A stretch of 64,000 nucleotides of DNA from NCBI GenBank assembly GCA_018623195.1, contig JAAZVY010000001.1, forward strand, positions 15,193 through 79,192, given 5' to 3'. The position numbers were made by a program, and so were the translations under genes. Position 1 is the first letter of the stretch. Every line of letters starts with the position of its first letter. Of this stretch, positions 30,048 through 40,394 are shown piece after piece. The notes below the pieces were generated by a model that did no database searches, was not told where the DNA came from, and saw nothing but the letters and a program-made list of their open reading frames with translations. The stretch is from Flavobacteriaceae bacterium. GTDB lineage: Bacteria; Bacteroidota; Bacteroidia; Flavobacteriales; Flavobacteriaceae.

Positions 30048-30836
30048 GTGAAAGACAGCACTACATTAACCTTTTTAGGAACCGGTACTTCTCAAGGAAT
30101 TCCTGTGATTGGAAGTGATCATCCGGTCTGTATGAGTGCTGACATCAAAGATAAAAGACTTCGTAGTTCGGTTTTAATCGAAGGTACTGAAACCAATGTT
30201 ATTATTGATTGCGGTCCAGATTTCCGACAGCAGCTTCTTACTAATCCAGTAAAAAGGTTAGATGCAGTGCTTATTACACATGAGCATGCAGACCATACAA
30301 TGGGTTTAGATGATATTAGACCTTTCTTCTTCAGGCAAGGAGACATGCAGTTTTATGCAACTGAAAAGGTTTTTAAGGCTCTATCTCAACGATTCGATTA
30401 CATTTTCGATGAAAATTATCAGTATCCTGGAGTTCCTGAGATCACTAAGAATTACATTGTAAAAAACGTTCCTTTTAAAGTAAAAGAATTTCAATTCTTA
30501 CCAATCGAAGTAGATCACGCCGGGATGCAGGTATTAGGGTTTAGAATAGGTCGTTTGGCCTATATTACAGATATCAAGCATATCTCTGAAGATCAAATAG
30601 CCTTATTAGACAACTTAGATGTATTAATTATTAACGCACTACGACATGAGCCGCACCATTCTCACCTGTCGTTAAATGAGGCTATTGATTTGGGAAAACG
30701 AATTGGTGCGAATAAAACATATTTCACACATATTAGTCATACCATGGGCTTTCATAATGAGGTGTCGGCTGGTTTGCCAGACGGTTTTTTCTTAGCCTAT
30801 GACAACCTAAAACTAGAATTCGATAGTAATGAGTAA
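30048..30836 (+). CDS. MBL-fold metallo-hydrolase (PhnP/GPP-like)
   Basis: 262 aa with the THEHADH metal-binding motif and downstream His/Asp ligands. Apparent GTG start. Confidence 0.8.
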   Translation: MKDSTTLTFLGTGTSQGIPVIGSDHPVCMSADIKDKRLRSSVLIEGTETNVIIDCGPDFRQQLLTNPVKRLDAVLITHEHADHTMGLDDIRPFFFRQGDMQFYATEKVFKALSQRFDYIFDENYQYPGVPEITKNYIVKNVPFKVKEFQFLPIEVDHAGMQVLGFRIGRLAYITDIKHISEDQIALLDNLDVLIINALRHEPHHSHLSLNEAIDLGKRIGANKTYFTHISHTMGFHNEVSAGLPDGFFLAYDNLKLEFDSNE

Positions 30837-30954
30837 GAGTATTTTTAGATATTTATTTTTCTTCACATTAATTATCCTCATTTTTTTGGCGGTTAATTAT
30901 CAGCGAAAATTAGAGCAATTAACCGATCAGCTAGAGCAGTGTGAATCTCGCTAA
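30829..30954 (+). CDS. possible small membrane protein (41 aa)
   Basis: Hand-translated: MSKSIFRYLFFFTLIILIFLAVNYQRKLEQLTDQLEQCESR. Its ATG overlaps the last codons of the MBL gene, and it occupies an otherwise unexplained 114-nt gap. The only support is hydrophobicity and position. Confidence 0.25.
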   Translation: MSKSIFRYLFFFTLIILIFLAVNYQRKLEQLTDQLEQCESR

Positions 30955-31583
30955 GCATGAGAGTTTATAAAACCTAGGAAGTCGCGAAAATTATCAGGGT
31001 GAACTTGGTGTCCAGTAGGATAGTTGTGATAATCAACATTCAAGCCTTGACGTTTCATTTTCTCTGCAGAATGTTGGGACCATTCTACAGGAATTACCTG
31101 ATCTTCAGTGCCGTGTGAGAGATAGAAATAGGTATTCGGTAAAGATTTTATTTCAGAAGGAAGAATCTCCTCATTTAGATAGCCACTAAGCCCTATAATC
31201 GAATAAAAGGAGTCTGGGTAATGGTAGCTTAAGGCTAGACTCAGTATGCATCCTTGACTAAATCCTAACAGGTGTACTTTACCCGTTAAATTATATTTAT
31301 TTCTGAGGAAGTCAATTTCTATTTTGATCCTTTTTACAGAATCTTCAGCTTGTTTAATATCGTTCCATTTTGTGCCATCCGCTTCGAAAGTTATTGCATA
31401 CCAAGCAAATCCAGAAAATCCGGTTGAATAGGGCGCTCGTAGAGAAAATACGGTTAAGTGCTTTGGTAAATACCTTGCGAAACCAAAAAGATCCTCTTCT
31501 GAACTTCCATAACCATGAATCAATACAATGCAATCCTCTGAAGGCTCCTCAGGAGCTTTATGAAGGTAGTGCAGGTGCTCCAT
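30951..31583 (-). CDS. alpha/beta hydrolase, phospholipase/carboxylesterase family
   Basis: 210 aa with the nucleophile elbow GFSQG and a C-terminal His (PTGHQV). Confidence 0.8.
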   Translation of the reverse strand: MEHLHYLHKAPEEPSEDCIVLIHGYGSSEEDLFGFARYLPKHLTVFSLRAPYSTGFSGFAWYAITFEADGTKWNDIKQAEDSVKRIKIEIDFLRNKYNLTGKVHLLGFSQGCILSLALSYHYPDSFYSIIGLSGYLNEEILPSEIKSLPNTYFYLSHGTEDQVIPVEWSQHSAEKMKRQGLNVDYHNYPTGHQVHPDNFRDFLGFINSHA

Positions 31584-31588
31584 AAAGA

Positions 31589-32827
31589 TTATTTCAATGT
31601 AAGTATTCCTTTGAAAAAACTTCCGGTGCCATCAGCTTCGAAAGATTCACCGCAAAAAAGTTCGGTTTGAGGGTCTTTTTCAACCGCGGTATGGGATTGG
31701 TCTGTCGTAAAGAAACTTAGATTAGCCACTGAACCTTCTTTTATCTCTGGGGTAGGGATTTGGAATATTTGGTATCCTCTACAAAGAATTTCAACCGCTT
31801 TTTCGACACCAACCAATTTTGAAAGGGCGGGGAAGAGGTAATCCTTTGTTTTTGATCCAAATTCTGCTAGATCAAACTCTAAATTCTTTTCTTCGGTGCT
31901 ACAATTAAAATGATCCGATACAACGATATCTATTGTACCCTCCTTTAGAGCTTCAAGAAGTTTTAATCTCGTTTCCTCGTTAGCCAAAGGTGGATTCAGT
32001 TTATACCTAGAATCAAACCCTTCCAATTTTTCGTCGTTGAAGTAAATATTACCGATACTAACGCTGGCCGATACGCTCAAGCCTTCTTGTTTCGCTTCGC
32101 GAATGAGTTCAATAGATTCTAGGGTTGAGATTCCCATAAAGTGAATTTTACCACCGGTGTATCTCAGTAATTCTAAATCTCTTTGAATACGGATCGACTC
32201 AGTGATCGACGGTATTCCTTTTAAACCTAATTTGGTACTGGTTACACCTTCACGTACCACTCCTTTACCTTTTAAATAATAGTCACAAGGAAAAACTCCA
32301 ACCATTCCGTCAAAGGGCTGTGTATACTGAAGGGCCAATTTCATTAGTCCTGTATTCGTAATCCCTTTTTTGTAATCGACGAATGCAATGGCTCCAGATT
32401 GTTTTAAGTCGTAGAGCTCAGCCAGTTCTTCACCCTTGCTATCTAAACTTAGGGTACCGTAGGGTAATATGCTTATTGGCAGGTGTTTATATTGATTAAA
32501 AAAGGATAGGGCACTTCCCTTATCAGGTAGCGGAAGTGTATTTGGTAGTAAACCGATATGCGTAAATCCGTTTTTCGAAATACGGGTTAAATCATCTAAA
32601 AGTTTACCCTTTGCCTCATAGCCTGGTTCGCTAAGAGCGATCTCAGCATCAATCCAGCCGCTACTTACCATTTGCCCCGACAGATCAATCGCTTCTTCAG
32701 TTTTCACACGTAGGTCGGTTCCAATTTCAGTAATATTGGCTCCTTGTATTCGAATATCTACGATTTGATTGTTTAAGGGATGTCCTGTTTGGATCAGGGT
32801 TGCGCCTTTTAATAAATAATCCTTCAT
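31589..32827 (-). CDS. dihydroorotase-like amidohydrolase-fold protein with degenerate metal-binding residues
   Basis: 412 aa that aligns by eye with class I DHOases (PNTLPLPD, VSDHFNCSTEEK). The HxH motif is replaced by GWIDAEIALSEPG. Confidence 0.7.
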   Translation of the reverse strand: MKDYLLKGATLIQTGHPLNNQIVDIRIQGANITEIGTDLRVKTEEAIDLSGQMVSSGWIDAEIALSEPGYEAKGKLLDDLTRISKNGFTHIGLLPNTLPLPDKGSALSFFNQYKHLPISILPYGTLSLDSKGEELAELYDLKQSGAIAFVDYKKGITNTGLMKLALQYTQPFDGMVGVFPCDYYLKGKGVVREGVTSTKLGLKGIPSITESIRIQRDLELLRYTGGKIHFMGISTLESIELIREAKQEGLSVSASVSIGNIYFNDEKLEGFDSRYKLNPPLANEETRLKLLEALKEGTIDIVVSDHFNCSTEEKNLEFDLAEFGSKTKDYLFPALSKLVGVEKAVEILCRGYQIFQIPTPEIKEGSVANLSFFTTDQSHTAVEKDPQTELFCGESFEADGTGSFFKGILTLK

Positions 32828-32865
32828 TGAGATGATTTAGTGCAAATTTAGGAAATTAATCAGCC

Positions 32866-34350
32866 TTAGTATTTAGCTGATTTCGAACCTACAGCGCTTT
32901 CTTTTATAAAAGCTTTTAAATCGTCATTGGCTGACTTTAAATCTGCTGCTCTTAAATACATCATGTGTCCAGATTCGTAACCTTTAAAACTAAAGCGATC
33001 ACTAAACTGTCCACTGGGATCAATTTGCCACATGGTATATTTTGCATTGAAATAGGTAGTAGCACCGTCATAATATCCTGATTGACAAAGAACTTTTAAG
33101 TAAGGGTTTTCAGCCATTGCAATCCCTAAGTCTTCTCTCGTATTGATACGATCATCCTCCCAAGGTCTTACGGGACCGAACATGTTGTACTTAACATCCG
33201 TTCTGAATCCAAGGACTTCATTGTAATAGTAATTTACTGCTGGTGTAAAACTGTGCAGCCACGAAGTAAGCTCTGAGTTATAGTCAGGTCTCATCCCAAC
33301 CTTCTCTTTGTCGATTCCTTTATAACGACTATCTAAGCGTCCAACGGTAAAGCCTTCCTCTTTGAGAAGGTTTTTCCAAAAATAGGAGGTAGGTATACTC
33401 AGATTTAGCCCGGCAACTTCTGATACACTTAGTCCCGAAAACCGAGCCAAGTCTTCGGTGATTTTTTGACGTTCGCTTCCTTTTAAAGATCCACCTTTAG
33501 CAAGTGCAGGAATTAAGGTGTTCAAGGTGAACTCTTCAGATTTCTTCAGGGCTTCTGTTAACTCCAAATCATTTAAACCGTCCTGTAATTTGTTGTGATA
33601 ATGTGCAGCCGCTGTATAGTAGGGGACATTTAAAGCTTCTGATACTGGACCCCCAACGCGTAACACCTGATAGTCAGCAGGGCTAACCATGATTACCCCA
33701 TTTAGATACATCCATTGTGACTCTTGAAGGGTTCGGGCTAATCCCATTACACGGGTTCCTCCATAACTTTCACCAATGATATATTTTGGCGCTCGCCATT
33801 TATTATGTCTTGTTACGAAGGTGTTCAACCATTCTGCTAGATAATTGATATCAGCATCAATGCCGAAGAATTTTGAACGATCAACTTGTTTTGGATCTAG
33901 AGGGATAGTTCTTGAGTAGCCGGTATTTACAGGATTAATAAAAACAATATCCGCATCCGTAAGCACCGTATTAGGATTATCTTTTACTCCATAGGGTTGT
34001 ACTGGAAAACCCTCATCATCAATCGTTAATACTTTCGGACCTGTGTAAGCCAGATGCATCCAAACCGATCCAGATCCAGGACCTCCATTGAAACTCATGA
34101 TTAGCGGTCTTGTTTCTTTCACCTCTTGATTCGAAGCTTTCTTCTGATAATAGGTATATTGTAAATACGCGATTTCACTACCATCGGTATCCCATACCGG
34201 TTGGGTACCCACTTCTACCGTATATTCTAACCAAGAATTATCGATTCGAATACGATCTTCTTTCACCATCAGCGTATCTGAAGGAAGATTGCGTTGGGCG
34301 ATTAATCCCATAGAACTAAGGACGAAACCTAAGACAACAAGTTTTTTCAT
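32866..34350 (-). CDS. secreted S10-family serine carboxypeptidase-like peptidase
   Basis: GESYGG catalytic serine motif. The signal peptide begins at MKKLVVLGFVLSSMGLIAQ, so I chose the ATG at 34350. The 32-codon upstream extension in the track would overlap the next gene. Confidence 0.75.
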   Translation of the reverse strand: MKKLVVLGFVLSSMGLIAQRNLPSDTLMVKEDRIRIDNSWLEYTVEVGTQPVWDTDGSEIAYLQYTYYQKKASNQEVKETRPLIMSFNGGPGSGSVWMHLAYTGPKVLTIDDEGFPVQPYGVKDNPNTVLTDADIVFINPVNTGYSRTIPLDPKQVDRSKFFGIDADINYLAEWLNTFVTRHNKWRAPKYIIGESYGGTRVMGLARTLQESQWMYLNGVIMVSPADYQVLRVGGPVSEALNVPYYTAAAHYHNKLQDGLNDLELTEALKKSEEFTLNTLIPALAKGGSLKGSERQKITEDLARFSGLSVSEVAGLNLSIPTSYFWKNLLKEEGFTVGRLDSRYKGIDKEKVGMRPDYNSELTSWLHSFTPAVNYYYNEVLGFRTDVKYNMFGPVRPWEDDRINTREDLGIAMAENPYLKVLCQSGYYDGATTYFNAKYTMWQIDPSGQFSDRFSFKGYESGHMMYLRAADLKSANDDLKAFIKESAVGSKSAKY

Positions 34351-34378
34351 GGTATTAAAATTTGATTGAATTAAAGTA

Positions 34379-35155
34379 CTAAAACTGTTCAAAGGCACCA
34401 ATTCCAAAAAGAGCAAAATCGTATTTAACAGGATCCAATGGATCAAATGCCCTTAGATTGGCATCTAATTCTTCTAAAGCCTTCGCGTCATTCTGTTTCC
34501 TTTTGAGTAACCCTAATTGTTTTGCGATTCGAGCGGTATGAACATCTAAAGGACAAGATAATTGATTGGTATCAATTTTGTTCCAAATTCCAAAATCAAC
34601 TCCTTTATGATTAGGCCTAACCATCCATCGCAAATACAAATGAATTCGTTTCGCTGCTGAACCCTTAGAAGGGTCAGCTAGATGCTTTTCGAAACGGCCT
34701 TCATGAGGAGCTTCTAAAATAAAGTTCCGAAAATTGGAAATCCCTGAATTCAAAAAGGGAGTAGCCGTCTGAAATAAAGTCTCTAAGCTATCATTGGAAC
34801 TGTAATAATCCTTTAGTCGAATAAGTAAAAAGGCTAAATCACGCTCATTAAAGGTTCTATGAACGAACCCTATGGTTGAACGTTCAATCTCTTCAGAAGT
34901 GTGTTCTAAAAGAAAATGATGGGGTTGACCTTCGAGAATTTCAAAGATTTTCTCTGCATTGTTGATGATTGACTTTCGATTACCCCAAGCAATCAGTGCT
35001 GTCAGCAAACCGAGTATCTCTTTATCTTGTTTACTTTCAGCTCTATGAACTACCCCCAAAGGATCAGTTTCTAAAAATTCAGGGGATTCATATTGAGCAG
35101 CTTTTTCATCGAGATACTGCTTTAATTCTTTTTTAGATAATTTGGCCATTTTCAA
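34379..35155 (-). CDS. TIGR02757/DUF2400 family protein
   Basis: 258 aa. My recollection of this conserved family rests on DPLGVVHR, LIAWGNRKSI and CPLDVHTARIA. Confidence 0.65.
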   Translation of the reverse strand: MKMAKLSKKELKQYLDEKAAQYESPEFLETDPLGVVHRAESKQDKEILGLLTALIAWGNRKSIINNAEKIFEILEGQPHHFLLEHTSEEIERSTIGFVHRTFNERDLAFLLIRLKDYYSSNDSLETLFQTATPFLNSGISNFRNFILEAPHEGRFEKHLADPSKGSAAKRIHLYLRWMVRPNHKGVDFGIWNKIDTNQLSCPLDVHTARIAKQLGLLKRKQNDAKALEELDANLRAFDPLDPVKYDFALFGIGAFEQF

Positions 35156-35795
35156 GAGTTATCATCCGATCAGCTTTAGCTGCCAAATTTTTATCATGTG
35201 TAACCATTAAAAAGGCCGTCCCTGTTAACTCCCGAAGCTCCGAAAACATATCGAAAAGTTGACTTGCGTTAATTGAATCTAGGTTACCGCTAGGTTCATC
35301 GGCGAAGACAATAGAAGGCTCATTGATCAGTGATCTAGCCACAGCAACTCTTTGCCTTTCCCCACCAGAAAGTGTTGCAGGTTTCTGGTCTTTCTGTTCT
35401 AAAACATTCATTTTTTGTAATAATCGGTGGGCACGTTCTTCTAAAATCTTGTGGTCTTGACCTGCAATTCTTCCTGGGAGCATGACGTTTTCCAGTGCGC
35501 TAAACTCGTCCAATAACCCATGAAATTGAAATACAAAGCCCATGTGTTTATTTCGATACATCGATTTAGTCTTTTCAGAACAGTTTAAAAGTTCACTATT
35601 CAATAGCGTCAGGCTTGAATCAGATCTATCGTCCGGAGGCTCTAATCCACTTAAGATATTTAGAAGAGTGGTCTTACCTGCACCTGAAGCTCCTGTAATT
35701 GCAATAATTTCGGCTTTATTGACAACAATCGAAACACCATTTAAAACTGGTTTGTTTTCGTAATGCTTATAAAGATTTTGGCCTTTTAAAATCAT
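35133..35795 (-). CDS. ABC transporter ATP-binding protein (LolD/MacB-ATPase-like)
   Basis: 220 aa with Walker A GASGAGKTT, signature LSGGERQR and Walker B VFADEPSGNLD. No permease gene is adjacent. Confidence 0.85.
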   Translation of the reverse strand: MILKGQNLYKHYENKPVLNGVSIVVNKAEIIAITGASGAGKTTLLNILSGLEPPDDRSDSSLTLLNSELLNCSEKTKSMYRNKHMGFVFQFHGLLDEFSALENVMLPGRIAGQDHKILEERAHRLLQKMNVLEQKDQKPATLSGGERQRVAVARSLINEPSIVFADEPSGNLDSINASQLFDMFSELRELTGTAFLMVTHDKNLAAKADRMITLENGQII

Positions 35796-35828
35796 TGTTC
35801 TGATGTAACTTCACGCAAAATAAAGATT

Positions 35829-36359
35829 ATGAAAGAGAAAATTTACTTTGCGAGCGGATGTTTTTGGTGTACCGAGGCGGTATTTCAAAGAGTTCATGGG
35901 GTGGTGAATGTAAAGCCCGGATATATTGATGGACTATTTCGAAATCCGGCATATCGCGAGGTATGTACCGGAAGAACAGGTCATGCAGAGTGTGTTGAAA
36001 TTGAGTATAAAACAGCTGTAATCAGTATTGCTGAACTACTAGAAATCAATTTTGCTACTCATGATCCGACTCAGCTTAATGCTCAGGGTAATGATAAAGG
36101 AACTCAATATAGAAGTGGAATTTACTGCACCACTGAAGAGCAGAAGAGTGAAACATTGAAGTTTATTGAACTTCTCGAAAAGGAGCAGGTCTTCGATAAA
36201 CCTATAGTCACTGAAATTAAAATGGCGACAGAATTTTTCGAAGCCGAATTAGAACACCAGAACTACTACAGCACACACAAAGAACAACCTTATTGTCAGT
36301 GGGTCATCCATCCCAAAATTGAAAAATTGGAGAAGTACTTTTCGGACAAGTTGAGCTAA
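35829..36359 (+). CDS. msrA: peptide-methionine (S)-S-oxide reductase
   Basis: 176 aa with the GCFWC active-site motif and a conserved GHAECVEI segment. Confidence 0.92.
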   Translation: MKEKIYFASGCFWCTEAVFQRVHGVVNVKPGYIDGLFRNPAYREVCTGRTGHAECVEIEYKTAVISIAELLEINFATHDPTQLNAQGNDKGTQYRSGIYCTTEEQKSETLKFIELLEKEQVFDKPIVTEIKMATEFFEAELEHQNYYSTHKEQPYCQWVIHPKIEKLEKYFSDKLS

Positions 36360-36649
36360 TCCTTCAATATCCTCAAACGTTTGAGCATTTTCTTTTCAAA
36401 AGCCCAGAAGAACTTGAATTGACCGAAGATCCATCCGAATAATACAAGTAGAACTTGATATAAGGGAAAAATTAATATGATTCTTAGTGGCCAGTAAAGG
36501 ATCGGATTGGTTTCTGAGTATATTCCAAAAAAATGTACCACAGGGCCAGCTATTTTGGAAGCTGTACTACCGGTAATGGCAAAAACAATAAAAATGATTG
36601 CCAATTGCAAGTTGGAGGTTATTTGCCACTTTTCTTTGAGTCGTTTCAT
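36356..36649 (-). CDS. small hypothetical membrane protein
   Basis: 97 aa with two or three hydrophobic helices. It lies between msrA and serC with tight spacing. Confidence 0.55.
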   Translation of the reverse strand: MKRLKEKWQITSNLQLAIIFIVFAITGSTASKIAGPVVHFFGIYSETNPILYWPLRIILIFPLYQVLLVLFGWIFGQFKFFWAFEKKMLKRLRILKD

Positions 36650-36661
36650 GAAAGAAGTTTT

Positions 36662-37738
36662 TTATGCATTATCCGTATATTCTATGATATCGGTTAATAC
36701 CTTGACACTTTCCAAGGAAAGGGCATTATACATCGATGCTCTATATCCGCCAACAAGTCGATGACCTTTAATTCCAACAATGTTTTCTTCCTTACATTTT
36801 AGATCAAAAGCTTCTGCTATAGCCGGATTCTCTATGGTGAAGGTGATATTCATTTCTGATCGACACTCTCTACCAGCAAAGCCTTTGAAGTGGGCACTTT
36901 TATCAAGAGTGTCATACAGAAGTGCTGCCTTTTTTGCATTGTTCTCTGAAATTACTGAGATCGTTTTTTCTTCAAGCCATTTAAGATTTAAAAGGCTCGT
37001 GTAAATCGAAAAAACCGTAGGAGTGTTAAACATAGAATCGGCCTCAATATGCTTTCTATAGTCTAACATTGACAATTGGTTTCTGCTTACGATCTGCTCT
37101 ATAAATTGATTTTTGATCACTACGATGGTTGTACCGGCAGGTCCAATATTTTTTTGAGCCCCAGCATAGATTAGATCAAATTGGCTATAGTCTCTAAAGG
37201 TTGAGAATATATCAGAACTCATATCGATGATGGATGGGCTGCCTAAGGTGTCAAATTCCTTGAATTGTGTTCCGTAAATTGTATTGTTACTTGTGAGATG
37301 AATGTAGTCGTATCCTTTTGTTGGTAGAGTTTCTAATTCTTTTTTGTTAGGTACTGATTTATAATCGACGGTTTCGCCATCGAAAAGTAGGGATACTGCT
37401 CCGATCTTTTTTGCTTCAGCAATCGCCTTTTTACTCCATACTCCTGTATTGATGTAACCTGCACCTTTACTCAAAAAGTTATAGGGAGCCATAGCAAATT
37501 GAAGTGATGCCCCACCGTGCATAAATAGTGCTGTATGGGTTTTGCTTGAAAGACCCATTAATTTCAGCAGAAGATCTCGAGCTTCCTCGATGACTTCAAC
37601 AAAAGCCTTAGATCGGTGGCTTATTTCTAGAATGGAAAGCCCTGATCCATTAAAATTCTTCACGGCTTCTGCAGCCTCTTCAAAGACTGTACTCGGTAAA
37701 ATACAAGGACCTGCACCGAAATTGTGTGATTTGATCAT
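36662..37738 (-). CDS. serC: 3-phosphoserine/phosphohydroxythreonine aminotransferase
   Basis: 358 aa with the N-terminus HNFGAGPCILP and the PLP-lysine region YAGAQKNIGPAG. Confidence 0.92.
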   Translation of the reverse strand: MIKSHNFGAGPCILPSTVFEEAAEAVKNFNGSGLSILEISHRSKAFVEVIEEARDLLLKLMGLSSKTHTALFMHGGASLQFAMAPYNFLSKGAGYINTGVWSKKAIAEAKKIGAVSLLFDGETVDYKSVPNKKELETLPTKGYDYIHLTSNNTIYGTQFKEFDTLGSPSIIDMSSDIFSTFRDYSQFDLIYAGAQKNIGPAGTTIVVIKNQFIEQIVSRNQLSMLDYRKHIEADSMFNTPTVFSIYTSLLNLKWLEEKTISVISENNAKKAALLYDTLDKSAHFKGFAGRECRSEMNITFTIENPAIAEAFDLKCKEENIVGIKGHRLVGGYRASMYNALSLESVKVLTDIIEYTDNA

Positions 37739-37741
37739 TGG

Positions 37742-38785
37742 TTAGGACAATAAGAATTGCAAGGTATCAATTTGGTCTGCAAAATCCCACAATTTAGGTT
37801 GCTGTGTTTGACCAAAGTGCACCTCATTGGATGAAAAGCTTTCAGAGGAGACAATACATTGGATCTGTTCTCTATGTTCTTGAATGTAGCTGTTAACCTC
37901 AGTTAGATTTTCATAAAAATTATAATGTAGAACACCTAAAGGTGACTTTAGCGCAGGATTATTCTGAAGAAGAATAAATTCAAAGTCGATAAACGAGTCA
38001 CCATTCATCAGTGCTATCGCTTTGTGGTAGTCGTAGTTGTTTGCGTATTTATTATGATTAATGACTGTGGCATAGGCTTTAAACGCATTTTTCAAACGAT
38101 CAAAATCAAAGGAGCGCGGCACCCAAAGTTGAGTAACGTTTCGACACCCTAATCCGAAGTATTGAAAAACATCATTTGCTAAATTTTTCAATTCAGTGTC
38201 TGTAGTGTCTTGCTTTACAATAGCCAGGGAACTTCGGTTTTTTCTGATAATGTTTGGAAATTTCGAAAAGTAATGATCAAAATAGCGAGCACTATTATTA
38301 CTTCCTGTAGCGATAACGTGGGTGAATCCCTGAGCTTTTGTCTCACAAATTTCAAAATATTCCGAAGCTGCTGGGTTGATCTTTCCTATTTGATCAATGA
38401 AGTATTTGATCAGAAGGGCGTCTTTTGAAGAGACCTTAATCATCGATTTTGATCCAGACAAAAAGGAACAAACCACATCGTGCATGCCAACGAGCGGAAT
38501 ATTTCCGGCCAGAATAAGCAGTACTACCTTATCATTCTTTTTCTCAAAAAGCTGAGCATCATAACCACTTATAAATTGTTTTAAATGGTTGTTTTCTAAT
38601 AGAATAGCCCAAGAAGATAAGCTTTGTATTGTGCTTTCAATAGTAAACCATGGATTGCTTTGATTTACCTTGCTCAATAGGGTTTCAAAAGTCGCATTAT
38701 ACGGTGAGTTATTTAACTCAAATCGTATCATCTCCCCGAGGTCTGCTAAGACTTGAATTCTTTGATTTAATGATAGAACCTTCAT
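37742..38785 (-). CDS. LuxC-like acyl-CoA reductase family protein
   Basis: About 347 aa resembling the Bacteroidota acyl-CoA reductase family (NPWFT, candidate catalytic Cys in GLGCRNV). I chose the ATG at 38785 because two -7 boxes occupy 38809-38826, inside the longer track ORF. Confidence 0.6.
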   Translation of the reverse strand: MKVLSLNQRIQVLADLGEMIRFELNNSPYNATFETLLSKVNQSNPWFTIESTIQSLSSWAILLENNHLKQFISGYDAQLFEKKNDKVVLLILAGNIPLVGMHDVVCSFLSGSKSMIKVSSKDALLIKYFIDQIGKINPAASEYFEICETKAQGFTHVIATGSNNSARYFDHYFSKFPNIIRKNRSSLAIVKQDTTDTELKNLANDVFQYFGLGCRNVTQLWVPRSFDFDRLKNAFKAYATVINHNKYANNYDYHKAIALMNGDSFIDFEFILLQNNPALKSPLGVLHYNFYENLTEVNSYIQEHREQIQCIVSSESFSSNEVHFGQTQQPKLWDFADQIDTLQFLLS

Positions 38786-38808
38786 TTGTTTACTATCTAG
38801 AGTGTAGC

Positions 38809-39189
<381 letters not shown>

Positions 39190-39210
39190 TATTCCTAACC
39201 CTTTATTTTT

Positions 39211-40305
39211 ATGAAAGCAGGTATTGTAGGTTTGCCCAATGTGGGAAAATCGACCCTTTTTAATTGTCTGTCTAACGCAAAGGCACAAAGCGCGAATTTT
39301 CCCTTTTGTACCATCGAACCTAACGTTGGGGTTGTAAACGTCCCAGACCCTCGTCTTGAAGTTTTGGAGTCCCTCGTTAACCCTGAACGAGTAATCCCTG
39401 CCACGGTTGAAATTGTAGACATAGCTGGCCTTGTCAAGGGAGCTTCTAAAGGAGAAGGTTTAGGAAATCAGTTTCTTGGAAACATTCGAGAAACTGACGC
39501 TATTATTCATGTTCTCAGATGTTTCGAAGATCCTAATATTGTTCATGTGGATGGTAGTGTTGATCCTATCAGAGATAAGGAAACGATTGATATCGAATTA
39601 CAACTTAAAGATTTAGAAAGCGTTGAAAAACGCTTAGAAAAAGTAAGTCGAGCCGCTAAAACAGGGAATAAAGAAGCCCAAAAGGAGAAAGACGTCCTAG
39701 ACCAATTGAAGAGCTGTTTAGAATCCGGCAATTCTATCCGAACCCTTTCCTTCGAAAATAATGATCAGCAAACTTTTGTAAGCTCACTTCAGTTAATTAC
39801 GGATAAACCAGTGCTTTATGTTTGCAACGTCGATGAATCGGCTGCTGCTACAGGTAATGCCATGGTCGAACGTGTTAAAGAAACGGTTGCCTCAGAAAAT
39901 GCAGAAGTAATTGTTCTTGCGGTAGGTACTGAGGCCGATATCACAGAGTTAGAATCTTATGAGGAACGACAAATGTTCTTAGAGGATATGGGATTATCTG
40001 AACCTGGTTCTGCAAAACTTATTCGAAGCGCCTATAAACTTCTCAATTTAGAAACTTACTTCACTGCTGGGGTAAAAGAAGTGCGAGCCTGGACCATCAA
40101 AGTGGGAAGCACGGCACCAGTCGCTGCCGGAGTAATTCACACTGACTTTGAAAAAGGATTTATTCGTGCAGAGGTGATCGCCTTCGAGGATTACAAACAC
40201 TATGGAAGCGAACAAAAGGTAAAAGAGGCCGGAAAAGTTCGTGTAGAAGGAAAAGAATACATGGTTAAGGATGGTGATGTAATGCACTTCCGCTTTAATG
40301 TGTAA
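39211..40305 (+). CDS. ychF: redox-regulated ribosome-binding ATPase YchF
   Basis: 364 aa with the G1 motif GIVGLPNVGKSTLFN and a C-terminal TGS-like domain (VRAWTI...GFIRAEV). Confidence 0.95.
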   Translation: MKAGIVGLPNVGKSTLFNCLSNAKAQSANFPFCTIEPNVGVVNVPDPRLEVLESLVNPERVIPATVEIVDIAGLVKGASKGEGLGNQFLGNIRETDAIIHVLRCFEDPNIVHVDGSVDPIRDKETIDIELQLKDLESVEKRLEKVSRAAKTGNKEAQKEKDVLDQLKSCLESGNSIRTLSFENNDQQTFVSSLQLITDKPVLYVCNVDESAAATGNAMVERVKETVASENAEVIVLAVGTEADITELESYEERQMFLEDMGLSEPGSAKLIRSAYKLLNLETYFTAGVKEVRAWTIKVGSTAPVAAGVIHTDFEKGFIRAEVIAFEDYKHYGSEQKVKEAGKVRVEGKEYMVKDGDVMHFRFNV

Positions 40306-40394
40306 AACTTCCTCAGTTTTTGTTAATTACTTCTAGGGCTCATAGGCTCTAAATGCTAGGGTTCCCCGTATATTGTAACTTCCTTAATTGATTT

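Noticed and set aside
34351-34446. An upstream extension of the S10 peptidase ORF (MIHWILLNTILL...).
   Set aside because: It would overlap the 3' end of the DUF2400 gene by 68 nt. A canonical signal peptide begins at the internal ATG 34350.
35133-35795. A LolD-like ABC ATPase with no neighbouring permease gene, overlapping the DUF2400 gene by 23 nt. I considered whether this is a novel two-gene system.
   Set aside because: Stand-alone LolD/MacB-type ATPase genes are common. The overlap alone is insufficient evidence for a functional module.
40306-40394. The 89-nt gap between ychF and parE, which I checked for a tRNA, small RNA or terminator.
   Set aside because: It has no cloverleaf-compatible arms, no T-loop consensus and no stable hairpin with a T-run. 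The only feature is a short CTAGGG direct repeat that is likely to be chance.
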